From an uncultured Pseudomonadota bacterium (GTDB lineage Bacteria; Oederibacteriota; Muellerivitia; Muellerivitales; Muellerivitaceae): a stretch of DNA of 64,000 bases. Position numbers and translations under genes: made by a program. The stretch's first letter is position 1; each line of letters opens with the position of its first letter. Shown here piece by piece: positions 50,428-61,436 of this stretch. The DNA lies in contig CAWIIP010000001.1 of assembly GCA_963836235.1 (NCBI GenBank), forward strand, positions 480,001 through 544,000, given 5' to 3'. The notes under the pieces were generated by a model, which searched no databases, was not told the DNA's origin, and saw only the letters and a list, made by a program, of their open reading frames with translations.

Positions 50428-51246
50428 TTAACGTTCCCATATTACCAAAAGAATACCCAGAACAATGAAAAGCGCCCCCAAACCACGCCCTTTCCAATCA
50501 TGCTGTTCTTTGAGATGAAATACACTTAATAAAAACGCGACCACCATATTGATTCGAATCAAGGGACTCATGCGGCTTAAGGGAGCCAGGAAGAGAGCTA
50601 AATAAAAACAGTAAGTCGCCAAAACTGACCCCAGCGTCAAATAGCGGTGGGCCCAAATATTAACCGCGATCCGGCTGATCACCTTTCCCGGTTTATTCCC
50701 CAAGGAAAGAACAGTGCAAAAAATCGCGCCAACCAAAAAGGACACACAGGCATGTTGTATTGGATCGGCCTGTCCAATCACCCATTTACTGGAAAGACTG
50801 CTGAAGGCCCCGATCACCGAAGCCGAAAAACCCCACCAGGACCAATGCCCCCGGTAATAAAGCCATAGCGCTCCAACCACAACTAGGCCAACACCCGCGC
50901 CCAATGCCGCATCCATTTTTTCATTTAAGAACTGGTATCCCAAAAAGAAAACAAAGATAGGGGTCAAATTACTCAAGGCGTAACTAGAGTAATAATCTTT
51001 TTTGGCTCCCCGAGCCAACGTCCAAATGCCTAACGACTCAAAGATTCCGCTAAAAACCGTATAAACCCACCACTCGATTGAAACAGGACTCCATTTCAAT
51101 AGGGCGATAGGCGAAAGAAGAGCCACGACACCCCAGCGAATCGAAGCGGTAAAGGGTAAAGCGCCTTCCTTTTGAACCTTTCCCTTGATTTGGGAAGTCC
51201 ATAAGGCGTTAAAGATTCCCGAGCCTAAGGAATAGATGACCCACAT
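50428..51246 (-). CDS. EamA/DMT-family transporter
   Basis: About 10 TM in two repeats (LTPIFV..FLNE; P..RIN..LKE). Start set at ATG 51246, overlapping the upstream TGA. Confidence 0.75.
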   Translation of the reverse strand: MWVIYSLGSGIFNALWTSQIKGKVQKEGALPFTASIRWGVVALLSPIALLKWSPVSIEWWVYTVFSGIFESLGIWTLARGAKKDYYSSYALSNLTPIFVFFLGYQFLNEKMDAALGAGVGLVVVGALWLYYRGHWSWWGFSASVIGAFSSLSSKWVIGQADPIQHACVSFLVGAIFCTVLSLGNKPGKVISRIAVNIWAHRYLTLGSVLATYCFYLALFLAPLSRMSPLIRINMVVAFLLSVFHLKEQHDWKGRGLGALFIVLGILLVIWER

Positions 51247-52072
51247 CAGGCTATCGCCACAAAGATGAGCCCGGCGAAGATGAGACCACCCCCTAAAGCT
51301 TTGGATTTCCAACCGGACTTTTCTTTTAACAGATAATAGCTGAAGAAAAAGCCAAACAATAAGTTGGCCCGGACCAGTGGATTAATTTTTGAGACCGGCA
51401 CGTATTTTAAGGCGATGTAAAACAAGAGCGATGCCAAGAAAGATAAAAAGGCGACCGGCAAGACTTCCATCCAATCCTTTTTGATTACACGCCTCTTACC
51501 CTTCATTTGTTTTGACTCCAAATGTTCCTGGGGAATAAGCACCAAAGCGGCGACCAAAAAAGAACAAAAAGTGAAAAACAACGGTGGTGAATCCATCAAG
51601 GCTTTTTTGCTTAGAACCGCCGCGACCGTCGAGAAAACCGCGCCAATTAACCCCGGCCAGGACCATCGGCCCATTTGATGAAAGACAAAAGCACCAACCG
51701 CGATAAGGATTCCACCGGCCAACAAGGCGGGCGGTTGAGCCTCAGATAACAACCAGGGCGCGGTCAAGACCGTAAAAAGGGGGTTAAATTATAAAAAGCG
51801 TAGGTTGAGTAATAATCTTTTTTGATGCCGGTGGTGAGAAGGCAGATTCGGCCACCCTCAAAAACACCGGCCGCTGCCGTTAATGCCCACCAATGCCAGG
51901 AAGTGATCCAGGACCATTGGTAAAGGGCGAAAGGCAGCAACATCAAACAAACCAGGGTGCGGAAAACCATCGTGAATTCACGTGAGGAGATGTGGTTTAA
52001 AACTTTCTTGGATAGCGCGGTCCAAAAGGCGTTAAAGAAACCGGCGATAACCGCCATTCCGAGCCAAATCAT
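51246..52072 (-). pseudogene. EamA/DMT transporter paralog split by a single-base frameshift (or sequencing error)
   Basis: ORFs 51764-52072 and 51246-51767 together are colinear with the downstream paralog (KKDYYS.YA..NLTP, WSW.G, P..R.N..LKE). The break is at minus-strand CCCCCTTTTT (51774-51783); one extra T restores NLTPFFTVLTAP. Confidence 0.75.
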
Positions 52073-52078
52073 AACCGC

Positions 52079-52489
52079 TTAGTGTATCGGTTCTTCGTCA
52101 AATTGGGAGGTTTCGTTTAAGACCCAGGACTTCATCGAAGCGAACTTGCCTTTTTGAATCGACATGATCACATAAGAAAATCCAGGCCAAGCGGCCTGCC
52201 GGTCCGTCTCGGAAGCCCTATCCGGGTGATCGGGATGGGAATGGAAAATGCCCACCACATCCAATCCCTTCTGCCGGGCTAAGGCTTCTCCCTTCATATA
52301 ATCTTTAGGATCCATGTCATAGCGGGTTTCAGGTTTGAGTTTATTTAAATTTCCACACTCAAATACCTCGGTCACAGTCCTGCTCTCTCCCGCTTTACCG
52401 AATATCAAACCACAGATTTCATGGGGATATCCACGTTCTGCAATGGTGATCATTCGGGTTTTAGCTTCCGATTCAAATGAAATCATCAA
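52079..52489 (-). CDS. JAB/MPN (M67) metallopeptidase, Mec-like
   Basis: YPHEICGL and JAMM motif GIFHSHPDHPDRASETD. Confidence 0.9.
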   Translation of the reverse strand: MMISFESEAKTRMITIAERGYPHEICGLIFGKAGESRTVTEVFECGNLNKLKPETRYDMDPKDYMKGEALARQKGLDVVGIFHSHPDHPDRASETDRQAAWPGFSYVIMSIQKGKFASMKSWVLNETSQFDEEPIH

Positions 52490-53410
52490 TTACTCCCAGA
52501 CCCTAGTGGAAAGATACTTATCCCCTGAATCGGGGAATATCGTCACAATACAGCCTTTTTGAGTCCGCTTGGCCAATTGGACACAACCCGCCATGGCGCC
52601 ACCGCTGGAAAGGCCTACCAGCACGCCTTCCCCTTGGGCTAATTTTTTAACCCATTCATAGGCTTCATCCGTATCAACAGGGATATTCTCGTCATAAGCA
52701 CTGGGATCGTATATTCCGGGAACAATGGAGGAGGCCATGTGCTTTAATCCCTCTAAGCCGTGAAAAGGCTGTGCCGGTTCCAATGCGACGATTTCCACCG
52801 AAGGCTTTATTTCTTTGATCCTTTTGCCCGTGCCCATGAGCGTGCCGCTGGTTCCAATGGTCGCTGCGAAATGGGTTATCTTCTCCCCCAAATGCTCCAT
52901 GATTTCTTCCGCCGTGGAGAGCACGTGGGCTTTAGGATTTTCGGGATTGTTATATTGGTCGGGAACAAAGTATTTTTCCGGATTATTTTTATAAATTTCC
53001 CGGGCTAGACGTATCGCCCCATCCGAACCTTCCATGTCGCTTGAGTAATGGACTTCCACATTGAATGATTTAAGAATGCGCTTTCGCTCGTCGCTGACAT
53101 TGGCGGGTATGGCTAAAGCCACCTTATAGCCCATTGCCGCCCCAATCCAACCATAGGCAATTCCCGTATTGCCCGAAGTGGCATCCAATATGATTTTATC
53201 TTTAGTAAGTTTTCCAGTACGGACGCCTTCCTGAATCATTCGAAGGGCGGGCCGATCCTTAACCGAACGGCCTGGGTTGTAAGCTTCTAATTTCGCCCAT
53301 AATTCCACTCCCGGAACAGCATGGCTATGAATTTGGATAAGAGGCGTTCTCCCAACCAATTGGGTAACATTATCGTAAATACGAGGAGGATTGGAGAGAG
53401 TCGGCGGCAA
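52490..53410 (-). CDS. cysM: PLP-dependent cysteine synthase (CysM-like)
   Basis: GRTPL, KLEAYNPGRSVKDR, ATSGNTG, DQYNNP, GTSGT, GLSSG, FPDSGDKYLS. Confidence 0.88.
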   Translation of the reverse strand: MPPTLSNPPRIYDNVTQLVGRTPLIQIHSHAVPGVELWAKLEAYNPGRSVKDRPALRMIQEGVRTGKLTKDKIILDATSGNTGIAYGWIGAAMGYKVALAIPANVSDERKRILKSFNVEVHYSSDMEGSDGAIRLAREIYKNNPEKYFVPDQYNNPENPKAHVLSTAEEIMEHLGEKITHFAATIGTSGTLMGTGKRIKEIKPSVEIVALEPAQPFHGLEGLKHMASSIVPGIYDPSAYDENIPVDTDEAYEWVKKLAQGEGVLVGLSSGGAMAGCVQLAKRTQKGCIVTIFPDSGDKYLSTRVWE

Positions 53411-53430
53411 TTTTAAACCTCACTTGATAA

Positions 53431-53463
53431 AACAAAAGAGCGGGAAAAACCCGCTCTTTTGTT
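53431..53463. terminator. Bidirectional-type rho-independent terminator after eno
   Basis: AACAAAAGAGCGGG-AAAAA-CCCGCTCTTTTGTT perfect hairpin with A/T tails. Confidence 0.85.
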
Positions 53464-53495
53464 AAAACCACAATTCACATTAACCACCCGGTCAA

Positions 53496-54869
<1,374 letters not shown>

Positions 54870-54894
54870 CTAATAAAAGTATTGCCGCAAAGCC

Positions 54895-56205
54895 TTAAAA
54901 AGAATCCAAGCTGTTAATGACGAGGCCCGTTACAAGCTTGGGGTAAAAATAAGTGGACTTTTGAGGCATCCGTTCTTGTTTCAAGGCCACTTCCCTTAAC
55001 TGCCCAATGCGCGTTGGATTTAAAAAAAAGGTCGCGGCAAATTCCTTTTCACGAAGTTTTTTCACCGCTTCCTCCGCCTTGCTGGTAAAGGAAAGTTCGT
55101 GTTCCACTTTTTCTTTGGTGATACCGAAGAAAGGTTCCAGGATCAACCGATGCAAAAGTGTCACGTCCAGTTTCTTTTGGGCGTCCGAAACATCTTTTAA
55201 CAGGGGAGAATGGACAACCAAATTTGAAAACTGAAGTGCAAAAAGTTTTTTCCCATCAAAGGAAAGCCCAATCGTGGGTTGTTTTTTACCCAATTTTTCC
55301 ATCCACTGCCAGGGCGCCAAACCATTTAAGGGTTTTTTAAACTCGTGAATTTCTCCCAATGATGATAGACGGCTCAATAAAAGCGCTGAAGAGGAGATCA
55401 GTCTTTTCGGAAGCATTCGATGTGTCGGAAGAATTATCAATCCTGGATCTTCCATCGCGACAAACATCATCTGAACAAAATCAAAAGGCCGAGTTCCCCA
55501 TTTACCTTTTGAGCCCTTGGACCGAAAGGCCTGATAAGCCAGGGCCGTTTCATACCGATGATGACCATCGGCGATAAAAAGGGTAGCGTTTTTCATTTTT
55601 CTCCGGACTTGCGCGATCACATCGGAATCCGAAACTTTCCAAATTCGATTCCGTATGTCCCTTGGAAAATCCACGATGATGTCGGCTTTTTGTGCGGTAA
55701 TCCTTCTCAACAATTTCCCCACCCCTTCCTTATCTGGATACAGGGAAAAGATGCAGCTGAAATTAGCCCGGCAGGCTTTCGTCAATTTAAGCCGATCGGC
55801 TTTAGGCCCGCTTAACGTGTGTTCGTGAGCCAGGATACCGCCCTTTTTATTTCCGAAAGGCGTTAACTGAGACAAAGCCACAAATCCTGTACGATGGTAG
55901 GTTTTTCCATGGATATCGAAAGTCTGTTGGTACACGTAAATCGATGGTCCCCCATCGCGCCGCAGGATTCTTTTTTTTTGCCAAGCGTTAAAGGCTTTTT
56001 TCGCCGATTGGTAATCCAAGAAACTGTGTGTCTCGTGACTTGGATTTCCGATAATCAGCCTTATGACGTTATAAAGGTCAGCCGCCTTCAATTCTTTTTT
56101 TTGCTGGTTGGAAATAACATCATAGGGCGGGGCCATCACCTTCGTTAGTTTTTTAGAATCGGTCACTGCGTAACGAATCCCACGAAATGGAATAATGTTC
56201 GCCAT
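54895..56205 (-). CDS. DUF1015 family protein
   Basis: IIPFRGIRY, APPYDVI, HEHT, IADGHHRYETA, ILPTHR, MPQKSTYFYPK. Confidence 0.9.
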   Translation of the reverse strand: MANIIPFRGIRYAVTDSKKLTKVMAPPYDVISNQQKKELKAADLYNVIRLIIGNPSHETHSFLDYQSAKKAFNAWQKKRILRRDGGPSIYVYQQTFDIHGKTYHRTGFVALSQLTPFGNKKGGILAHEHTLSGPKADRLKLTKACRANFSCIFSLYPDKEGVGKLLRRITAQKADIIVDFPRDIRNRIWKVSDSDVIAQVRRKMKNATLFIADGHHRYETALAYQAFRSKGSKGKWGTRPFDFVQMMFVAMEDPGLIILPTHRMLPKRLISSSALLLSRLSSLGEIHEFKKPLNGLAPWQWMEKLGKKQPTIGLSFDGKKLFALQFSNLVVHSPLLKDVSDAQKKLDVTLLHRLILEPFFGITKEKVEHELSFTSKAEEAVKKLREKEFAATFFLNPTRIGQLREVALKQERMPQKSTYFYPKLVTGLVINSLDSF

Positions 56206-56242
56206 TTTTTCACCTAGTATTTATTTTGTTTTAATTTCCGAA

Positions 56243-56701
56243 TCAGTTTTTTCGGGCCAAAACCTTTTTAACCACATCCATGAAGGCATTAATATCTTTG
56301 AACTGGAGGTAAACACTAGCGAATCGCACGTAAGCCACATCATCCAGGTCCTGCAAGCGGCGGATGACCATTTCCCCAACCTCAGTGGAATTAATTTCCT
56401 TCGCAGCCCGCTCCATCAGTGTGTTTTCGATGTCATCCACCAGCGCTTCGATTTTTTCGGAGGAAACCGGCCTTTTTTCCACCGCCTTGCGGATCCCGGC
56501 CACGATCTTCAGACGATCAAAAGGTTCCCGGCGGCCATCCCGCTTGACCACCATCGGAAGAATCTCCTCAATCTGTTCATAAGTAGTGAACCGCTTCTCA
56601 CACTTTAAACATTCACGCCGACGGCGAATGGCCGAACCGCCCTTACTGGGCCTCGAATCCATGACTTTATCTTCTTGATGTCCACAAAAAGGGCACTTCA
56701 T
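56243..56701 (-). CDS. nrdR: Transcriptional repressor NrdR
   Basis: MKCPFC..DSR..IRRRREC..C..RFTTYE zinc ribbon plus ATP cone, [10 protein letters not shown]. Confidence 0.97.
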   Translation of the reverse strand: MKCPFCGHQEDKVMDSRPSKGGSAIRRRRECLKCEKRFTTYEQIEEILPMVVKRDGRREPFDRLKIVAGIRKAVEKRPVSSEKIEALVDDIENTLMERAAKEINSTEVGEMVIRRLQDLDDVAYVRFASVYLQFKDINAFMDVVKKVLARKN

Positions 56702-56835
56702 GTACTACTCCTCAACAGGTTGTGGCAAATACAACGGGGCGAATTATACCATAGGTGGGTAGCATCAATAAATGAACTATCAAGCACTTGATAGCATTTC
56801 GGTCGAAGTAGGTTTTTTAGCTTTTATTGTAAGGT

Positions 56836-57699
56836 TTATGGAACTATTTCTGTTCCAACCCCTTTAGGTGTGAAAACTTCCAAAAGCAAGGCATGGGGTA
56901 AGGTACCGTCAATAATATGGGTTTTATGAACACCCGATTTCAACGCATGAAGACAGGCTTCAATCTTTGGAATCATTCCTCCGGATATAATGCCATTTCT
57001 TAATAATTTGGGAACTTCTTTGACTTTAACAGTTGAGAAAAGAGTCTTAGGGTCATCCTTCTTTTTACATATGCCAGGAACATCCGTTAAAAAAACCAAT
57101 TTTTCAGCCTTCAACGCCCCGGCAATAGCGCCAGCCGCCTCATCCGCGTTCACATTATAGGTGTGACCATCCTTACCAAGGCCCAATGGGGCTATTACCG
57201 GTATGAACTGTTCACGATCAATCGCTTCCAAAACTTTCGTATTCACTTTGGCGACTTTACCGACAAAACCAATATCCTTTCCAGATTTGGATTTAATTCG
57301 AAAAGCTTCCAACATGGCACCGTCCTTTCCGGAAAGGCCAACTGCTGAACCACCTAATCGTTGGATAACGCTCACCAATTCTTTGTTGATTTTACCACCC
57401 AACACCATTTCTACTATTTCCATTGTCGGTAAATCCGTCACTCGTAACCCATCCACGAACTTAGAGCGGATCCCCATTTTTTCCGTCAATAGTGTTATAT
57501 CTTTTCCACCTCCATGGACAACTACTGGCCGCATTCCGACAAATTTCATCAGGACGATATCCTGAAGAGTGGTTTTAAGTTCCTCGGCACCCGATCTTGT
57601 ACTTCCTCCATATTTAACAACGACCGTGGAACCATACCATTGCCGAATATAGGGAAAAGCTTCCACGAGGATTTGGGCTTTTTGAATGGATTCTTTCAA
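56836..57699 (-). CDS. argB: Acetylglutamate kinase
   Basis: LVEAFPYI, VVKYGG, VVHGGG, GLRVTD, YNVNAD, LTDVPG, GGMIPK. Start set at TTG 57699 after GAGGGA. Confidence 0.95.
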   Translation of the reverse strand: MKESIQKAQILVEAFPYIRQWYGSTVVVKYGGSTRSGAEELKTTLQDIVLMKFVGMRPVVVHGGGKDITLLTEKMGIRSKFVDGLRVTDLPTMEIVEMVLGGKINKELVSVIQRLGGSAVGLSGKDGAMLEAFRIKSKSGKDIGFVGKVAKVNTKVLEAIDREQFIPVIAPLGLGKDGHTYNVNADEAAGAIAGALKAEKLVFLTDVPGICKKKDDPKTLFSTVKVKEVPKLLRNGIISGGMIPKIEACLHALKSGVHKTHIIDGTLPHALLLEVFTPKGVGTEIVP

Positions 57700-57709
57700 A
57701 AAAATTCCC

Positions 57710-60061
57710 TCAGGTGACCGGCGCGGCTTCTGCGGGGGCAGCTTCCGATTTGGGGAATTCTTTATAATCACACTCCTTGTTTGGGCAGGAGATATGGGGA
57801 CCAAGGGTTTTAAGGTATTTATCCACCAAGTAAGGATTCGAGCACTGGGGGCAGGCCCGATTAACCGGTTTATACCAGGAGATGAATTTGCAATCGGGGT
57901 ATTTATTACAGCCATAAAAAACTCCCCGGCGTGAACCGCGCGAAACCACTTCCCCGCCGCAACCCAAAGGGCATTTTATCCCCAAGGAAATGGGCTTGGC
58001 GGTCTTGCACTCCGGATATTTGGAACAAGCAAGGAACTTACCAAACCGTCCCATTTTCACAACCATATCGGCCCCGCATTTCGGGCATTTTTCATCTGTT
58101 TTGGTATCAACATCGACTTGTATAGAGCCGTCTGTCGTTTCTTTGAGACTCTTGGTGCTCTGGCATTCGGGATATTTTGAACAGGCTAAAAATTTACCGT
58201 GACGACCCCACTTCACAATCATCATCTGGCCGCATTTTTCGCAGGGAATATCAGTCACTTGTTCGATTTTGCTTTTTTCCTCACCGATAAGCTTCTCGGC
58301 TTCCGCCAATGTATCTTTGAAGGGGGTGTAGAACTCTTGAATAACCGTTCGCCATTCCCTTTCACCCGATTCTACTTGGTCCAACTCCCCTTCCATTTTG
58401 GCGGTAAAGGCATAGTCCAAAATAACCGGAAAGTTTTTCATCAATATTTCGAGAACAAGGTTTCCTAGCTCGGCCAGAAAGAACCGGCCATTTTCTTTTT
58501 TGACATAATGCCGAGTTTGGATGGTTTCAAGCGTCGGAGCATATGTGGAAGGTCTCCCGATCCCCATTTCTTCGAGTATTTTAACCATTGACGCATCCGT
58601 AAACCTAGGAGGAGGCTGGGTGAAATGCTGTTCAGGAAACGGTTCTTTCCAAATAGCTTTCTGCCCTTCGTTAATGCCAGCAAGTTTGTTGGGGTTAACC
58701 TGTCCTACTTCATCGCCATCACCCTGGCCTTCTTTTTTATCCTCGTCCGCCGCTTCCTCATAAACCTTTGTATAACCGTCGAAAACCGTTTCGGTTCCCG
58801 TAGCCCGAAAAACCACATTATTTCCACCAATTTCCACGCTCGTTTCCCGATAAAGGGCGTTGCTCATCTGGCTGGCAAGGAAGTCTTCCCAAATGAGTTG
58901 ATAAAGTTTGAACTGTTCGGGCGTCAAAAAGGTCTTCATTTGATCCGGAGTACGGAAAACCGAAGTCGGTCGAATGGCCTCATGCGCATCTTGGATTTTT
59001 CCCTTGCTGGAAGTATCCCTATCGCCTGGACTTAAGTACTTTTCACCGTAAGTTTGGCCGATAAATTTAGCGGCCTCGATCTTCGCATCAGGGGAAATGC
59101 GTTTGGAATCGGTACGCATATAGGTAATCAACCCCACGGGTGCCGATTCCCCGATTTCGATACCTTCATAAAGCCCTTGCGCAACGGACATGGTTTTACG
59201 CGCTCCAAACCGCAATTGTTTATAAGCTTCTTGTTGGAGTTTCGAGGTTGTAAAGGGCATCGGGGGTTTTTTGGACTTATCCCGGTGTAAAACGGCCGAG
59301 ATTTTAAAATCGGCGCTTTTAATTCGATCAATTAGTCCTTGAGTAGCCTCCTGAGTAATCAGTTCGGGCTTTTCTCCATCTATCTTGGCGAGTTTGGTAC
59401 GAACTATCCGGCTATCCTCCATTATAAAGTCGGCTTCCAATGTCCAATATTCAACTGGCTTGAATCCTTCTATTTCCTTTTCCCGCTCATAAATAAGCCT
59501 CAACGCGACAGATTGAACACGTCCAGCCGATAGTCCCCTACGAATGTTTTTCCAAAGCAAAGGACTAATTCCATAACCCACCAACCGGTCCAAAACCCGG
59601 CGAGCTTGCTGGGCATTCACCATATTCAAGTCAACTTCGCTCGGAGCGTTGATGGCTTCTTCTATCGCCGTTTTAGTAATCTCATTAAGCCTGAGCCGAT
59701 AAATGGTCGGCACGGTTTCCATGGCGCTGAGGAAATTTCGAATATGCCAGCCAATCGCTTCCCCTTCTCGATCGGGGTCAGCCGCGAGGTAAACCGCCGT
59801 AGATTTTTGAGCGGCCTTCTTCAGTTCCTTAATAATGGAGGCCTTACCCCGAATCGGGATGTATTTAGGTTCGAAATTGTTATCCACATCAACGCCCAAC
59901 TTACTTTTAGGAAGATCGATTAAATGCCCTTTTGAGGCCAAAACAACGTAATCCGATCCCAAATATTTATTAATGGTTTTCGCCTTGGAAGGCGACTCAA
60001 CGATGACTAATTTTTTGTTGGGTGCTTTTTTCGCTTTGGCTTTTGCCACAGAACTCTCCAA
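57710..60061 (-). CDS. topA: DNA topoisomerase I with C-terminal zinc ribbons
   Basis: LVIVESPSKAK, DPDREGE, SAGRVQS, catalytic ITYMRTDS, GIGRPSTY, repeated C4 zinc ribbons. Confidence 0.98.
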   Translation of the reverse strand: MESSVAKAKAKKAPNKKLVIVESPSKAKTINKYLGSDYVVLASKGHLIDLPKSKLGVDVDNNFEPKYIPIRGKASIIKELKKAAQKSTAVYLAADPDREGEAIGWHIRNFLSAMETVPTIYRLRLNEITKTAIEEAINAPSEVDLNMVNAQQARRVLDRLVGYGISPLLWKNIRRGLSAGRVQSVALRLIYEREKEIEGFKPVEYWTLEADFIMEDSRIVRTKLAKIDGEKPELITQEATQGLIDRIKSADFKISAVLHRDKSKKPPMPFTTSKLQQEAYKQLRFGARKTMSVAQGLYEGIEIGESAPVGLITYMRTDSKRISPDAKIEAAKFIGQTYGEKYLSPGDRDTSSKGKIQDAHEAIRPTSVFRTPDQMKTFLTPEQFKLYQLIWEDFLASQMSNALYRETSVEIGGNNVVFRATGTETVFDGYTKVYEEAADEDKKEGQGDGDEVGQVNPNKLAGINEGQKAIWKEPFPEQHFTQPPPRFTDASMVKILEEMGIGRPSTYAPTLETIQTRHYVKKENGRFFLAELGNLVLEILMKNFPVILDYAFTAKMEGELDQVESGEREWRTVIQEFYTPFKDTLAEAEKLIGEEKSKIEQVTDIPCEKCGQMMIVKWGRHGKFLACSKYPECQSTKSLKETTDGSIQVDVDTKTDEKCPKCGADMVVKMGRFGKFLACSKYPECKTAKPISLGIKCPLGCGGEVVSRGSRRGVFYGCNKYPDCKFISWYKPVNRACPQCSNPYLVDKYLKTLGPHISCPNKECDYKEFPKSEAAPAEAAPVT

Positions 60062-60117
60062 TGCAGGGTGGATTTCGGATAAAGAACCGTTTTAAAAGCG
60101 GTTCGTTCAATTGGGCA

Positions 60118-60146
60118 AGAATAGGCAGTACACTAGGGTTTGTCAA
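60118..60146 (-). promoter_or_regulatory. Sigma-70 promoter of topA
   Basis: Minus strand TTGACA-17 bp-TATTCT. Confidence 0.65.
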
Positions 60147-60282
60147 GTTTTCGGCTTTTTCTGTCCGCTAAAATTCGGTCGGAAAAAATCGCAAAACCCT
60201 TTTAAACACTTTCATTTGACGTTTTCAACCCGGGAAAAGATTCTTCGCACAATCAAAAAGGATTATCTTACAAAATCGAATT

Positions 60283-61404
60283 TCAGATCTTGAAGTAACA
60301 ATGTCCAGGTGCCTGTTGGACCAAACCCTTCATCTCGAGTGTCAAAAGTAATTCATTAATGCGCCTCAAGGCCATTTGAGTTTCTCGAACCAAAAGATCC
60401 ACATGAACGGGGGAATAGGAAATTTTTTCAAGCAACAAAATTTCTTCTTCGGTTAAATCTTTGTCCGATGTCACTAAGGCCTTTTTCGTTTTTCGGGATT
60501 TAAAGACCGTTTCGGCCCGAATGTCATGCAATTCGTGAAAAATATCTTCCACACCCATGACAAGTTTGGCTCCCTGTTGGATCAGGGCATGAGCTCCCTC
60601 CGACTCGGTATGAGTGATGGGTCCGGGAACGGCGAAAACGGGCTTTCCCTGGTCAATAGCGTGATCCACTGTTATGAAGGAGCCACTATCTTTTTTGGCT
60701 TCCACGACAAGAACGCCCTTGGAAGAACCACTGATCAATCTGTTTCTCTGGGGAAAGTGAAGGGCAAGAGGCTTGGCATGGAGGGGATACTCGCTGAAAA
60801 CGGAACCGCGTTCACTGATTTCTTGGGCCAATTCCCTGTTTTCCGCCGGATAAAGGTTCAATAACCCACTTCCCAAGAAAGCTAATGTCCTGCCCTTGGG
60901 ATAGCGTAGAGCACCAAGATGAGCAAAGGAATCAATGCCTCTAGCCAATCCCGAAACCACGGTATAACCAGCTTTAGCAACGTCTTCCGCTAGTTTGAGT
61001 GCGGCGGTTTTACCATAAGCGCTCGGTTTGCGGCACCCAATAACGGCAATAGCGTTTTCGTCCTCTGGAAAATAACTTCCGGCTTGCCACAAAACAAACG
61101 GCGGGTCATACAGATTTTCAAATACTCGAGGAAAAGATTTATCACTTTCCACAAAAACAGAAATTCCCATTTTTTCAGCAGTTTCAAGCTCTTGTTCTAC
61201 TCGAGCGAGAGGCGTCTTGAAGGAAATAATCTTTTGAACGCAGGATGAAGTCCAATCGGGTAATAGAAGTAACTGTTCCTCGGATGCTCCAAAAACATCG
61301 GACAAATCGGAGAAAACGTCTTTTGCCGACTTCAGCCGGCGGGGGCCAATAACACCGGTGAGATGTAAGGCAAGAAGGGCTTCGCGGTAATTCATGCGGA
61401 ACAC
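60283..61404 (-). CDS. dprA: DNA-processing protein DprA
   Basis: DPPFVL, VVSGLARGID..AH, FPQRNRLISG, VVEA..SGSFIT, VFAVPG, C-terminal winged helix; conserved position upstream of topA. Confidence 0.95.
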   Translation of the reverse strand: MFRMNYREALLALHLTGVIGPRRLKSAKDVFSDLSDVFGASEEQLLLLPDWTSSCVQKIISFKTPLARVEQELETAEKMGISVFVESDKSFPRVFENLYDPPFVLWQAGSYFPEDENAIAVIGCRKPSAYGKTAALKLAEDVAKAGYTVVSGLARGIDSFAHLGALRYPKGRTLAFLGSGLLNLYPAENRELAQEISERGSVFSEYPLHAKPLALHFPQRNRLISGSSKGVLVVEAKKDSGSFITVDHAIDQGKPVFAVPGPITHTESEGAHALIQQGAKLVMGVEDIFHELHDIRAETVFKSRKTKKALVTSDKDLTEEEILLLEKISYSPVHVDLLVRETQMALRRINELLLTLEMKGLVQQAPGHCYFKI

Positions 61405-61436
61405 TGACCGTGAACCAAGAATCTCACTTTCACAAT

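Noticed and set aside
57700-57915. 72-aa N-terminal extension of argB
   Set aside because: It overlaps the topA C-terminus; a TTG with an RBS at 57699 gives a normal-length ArgB.
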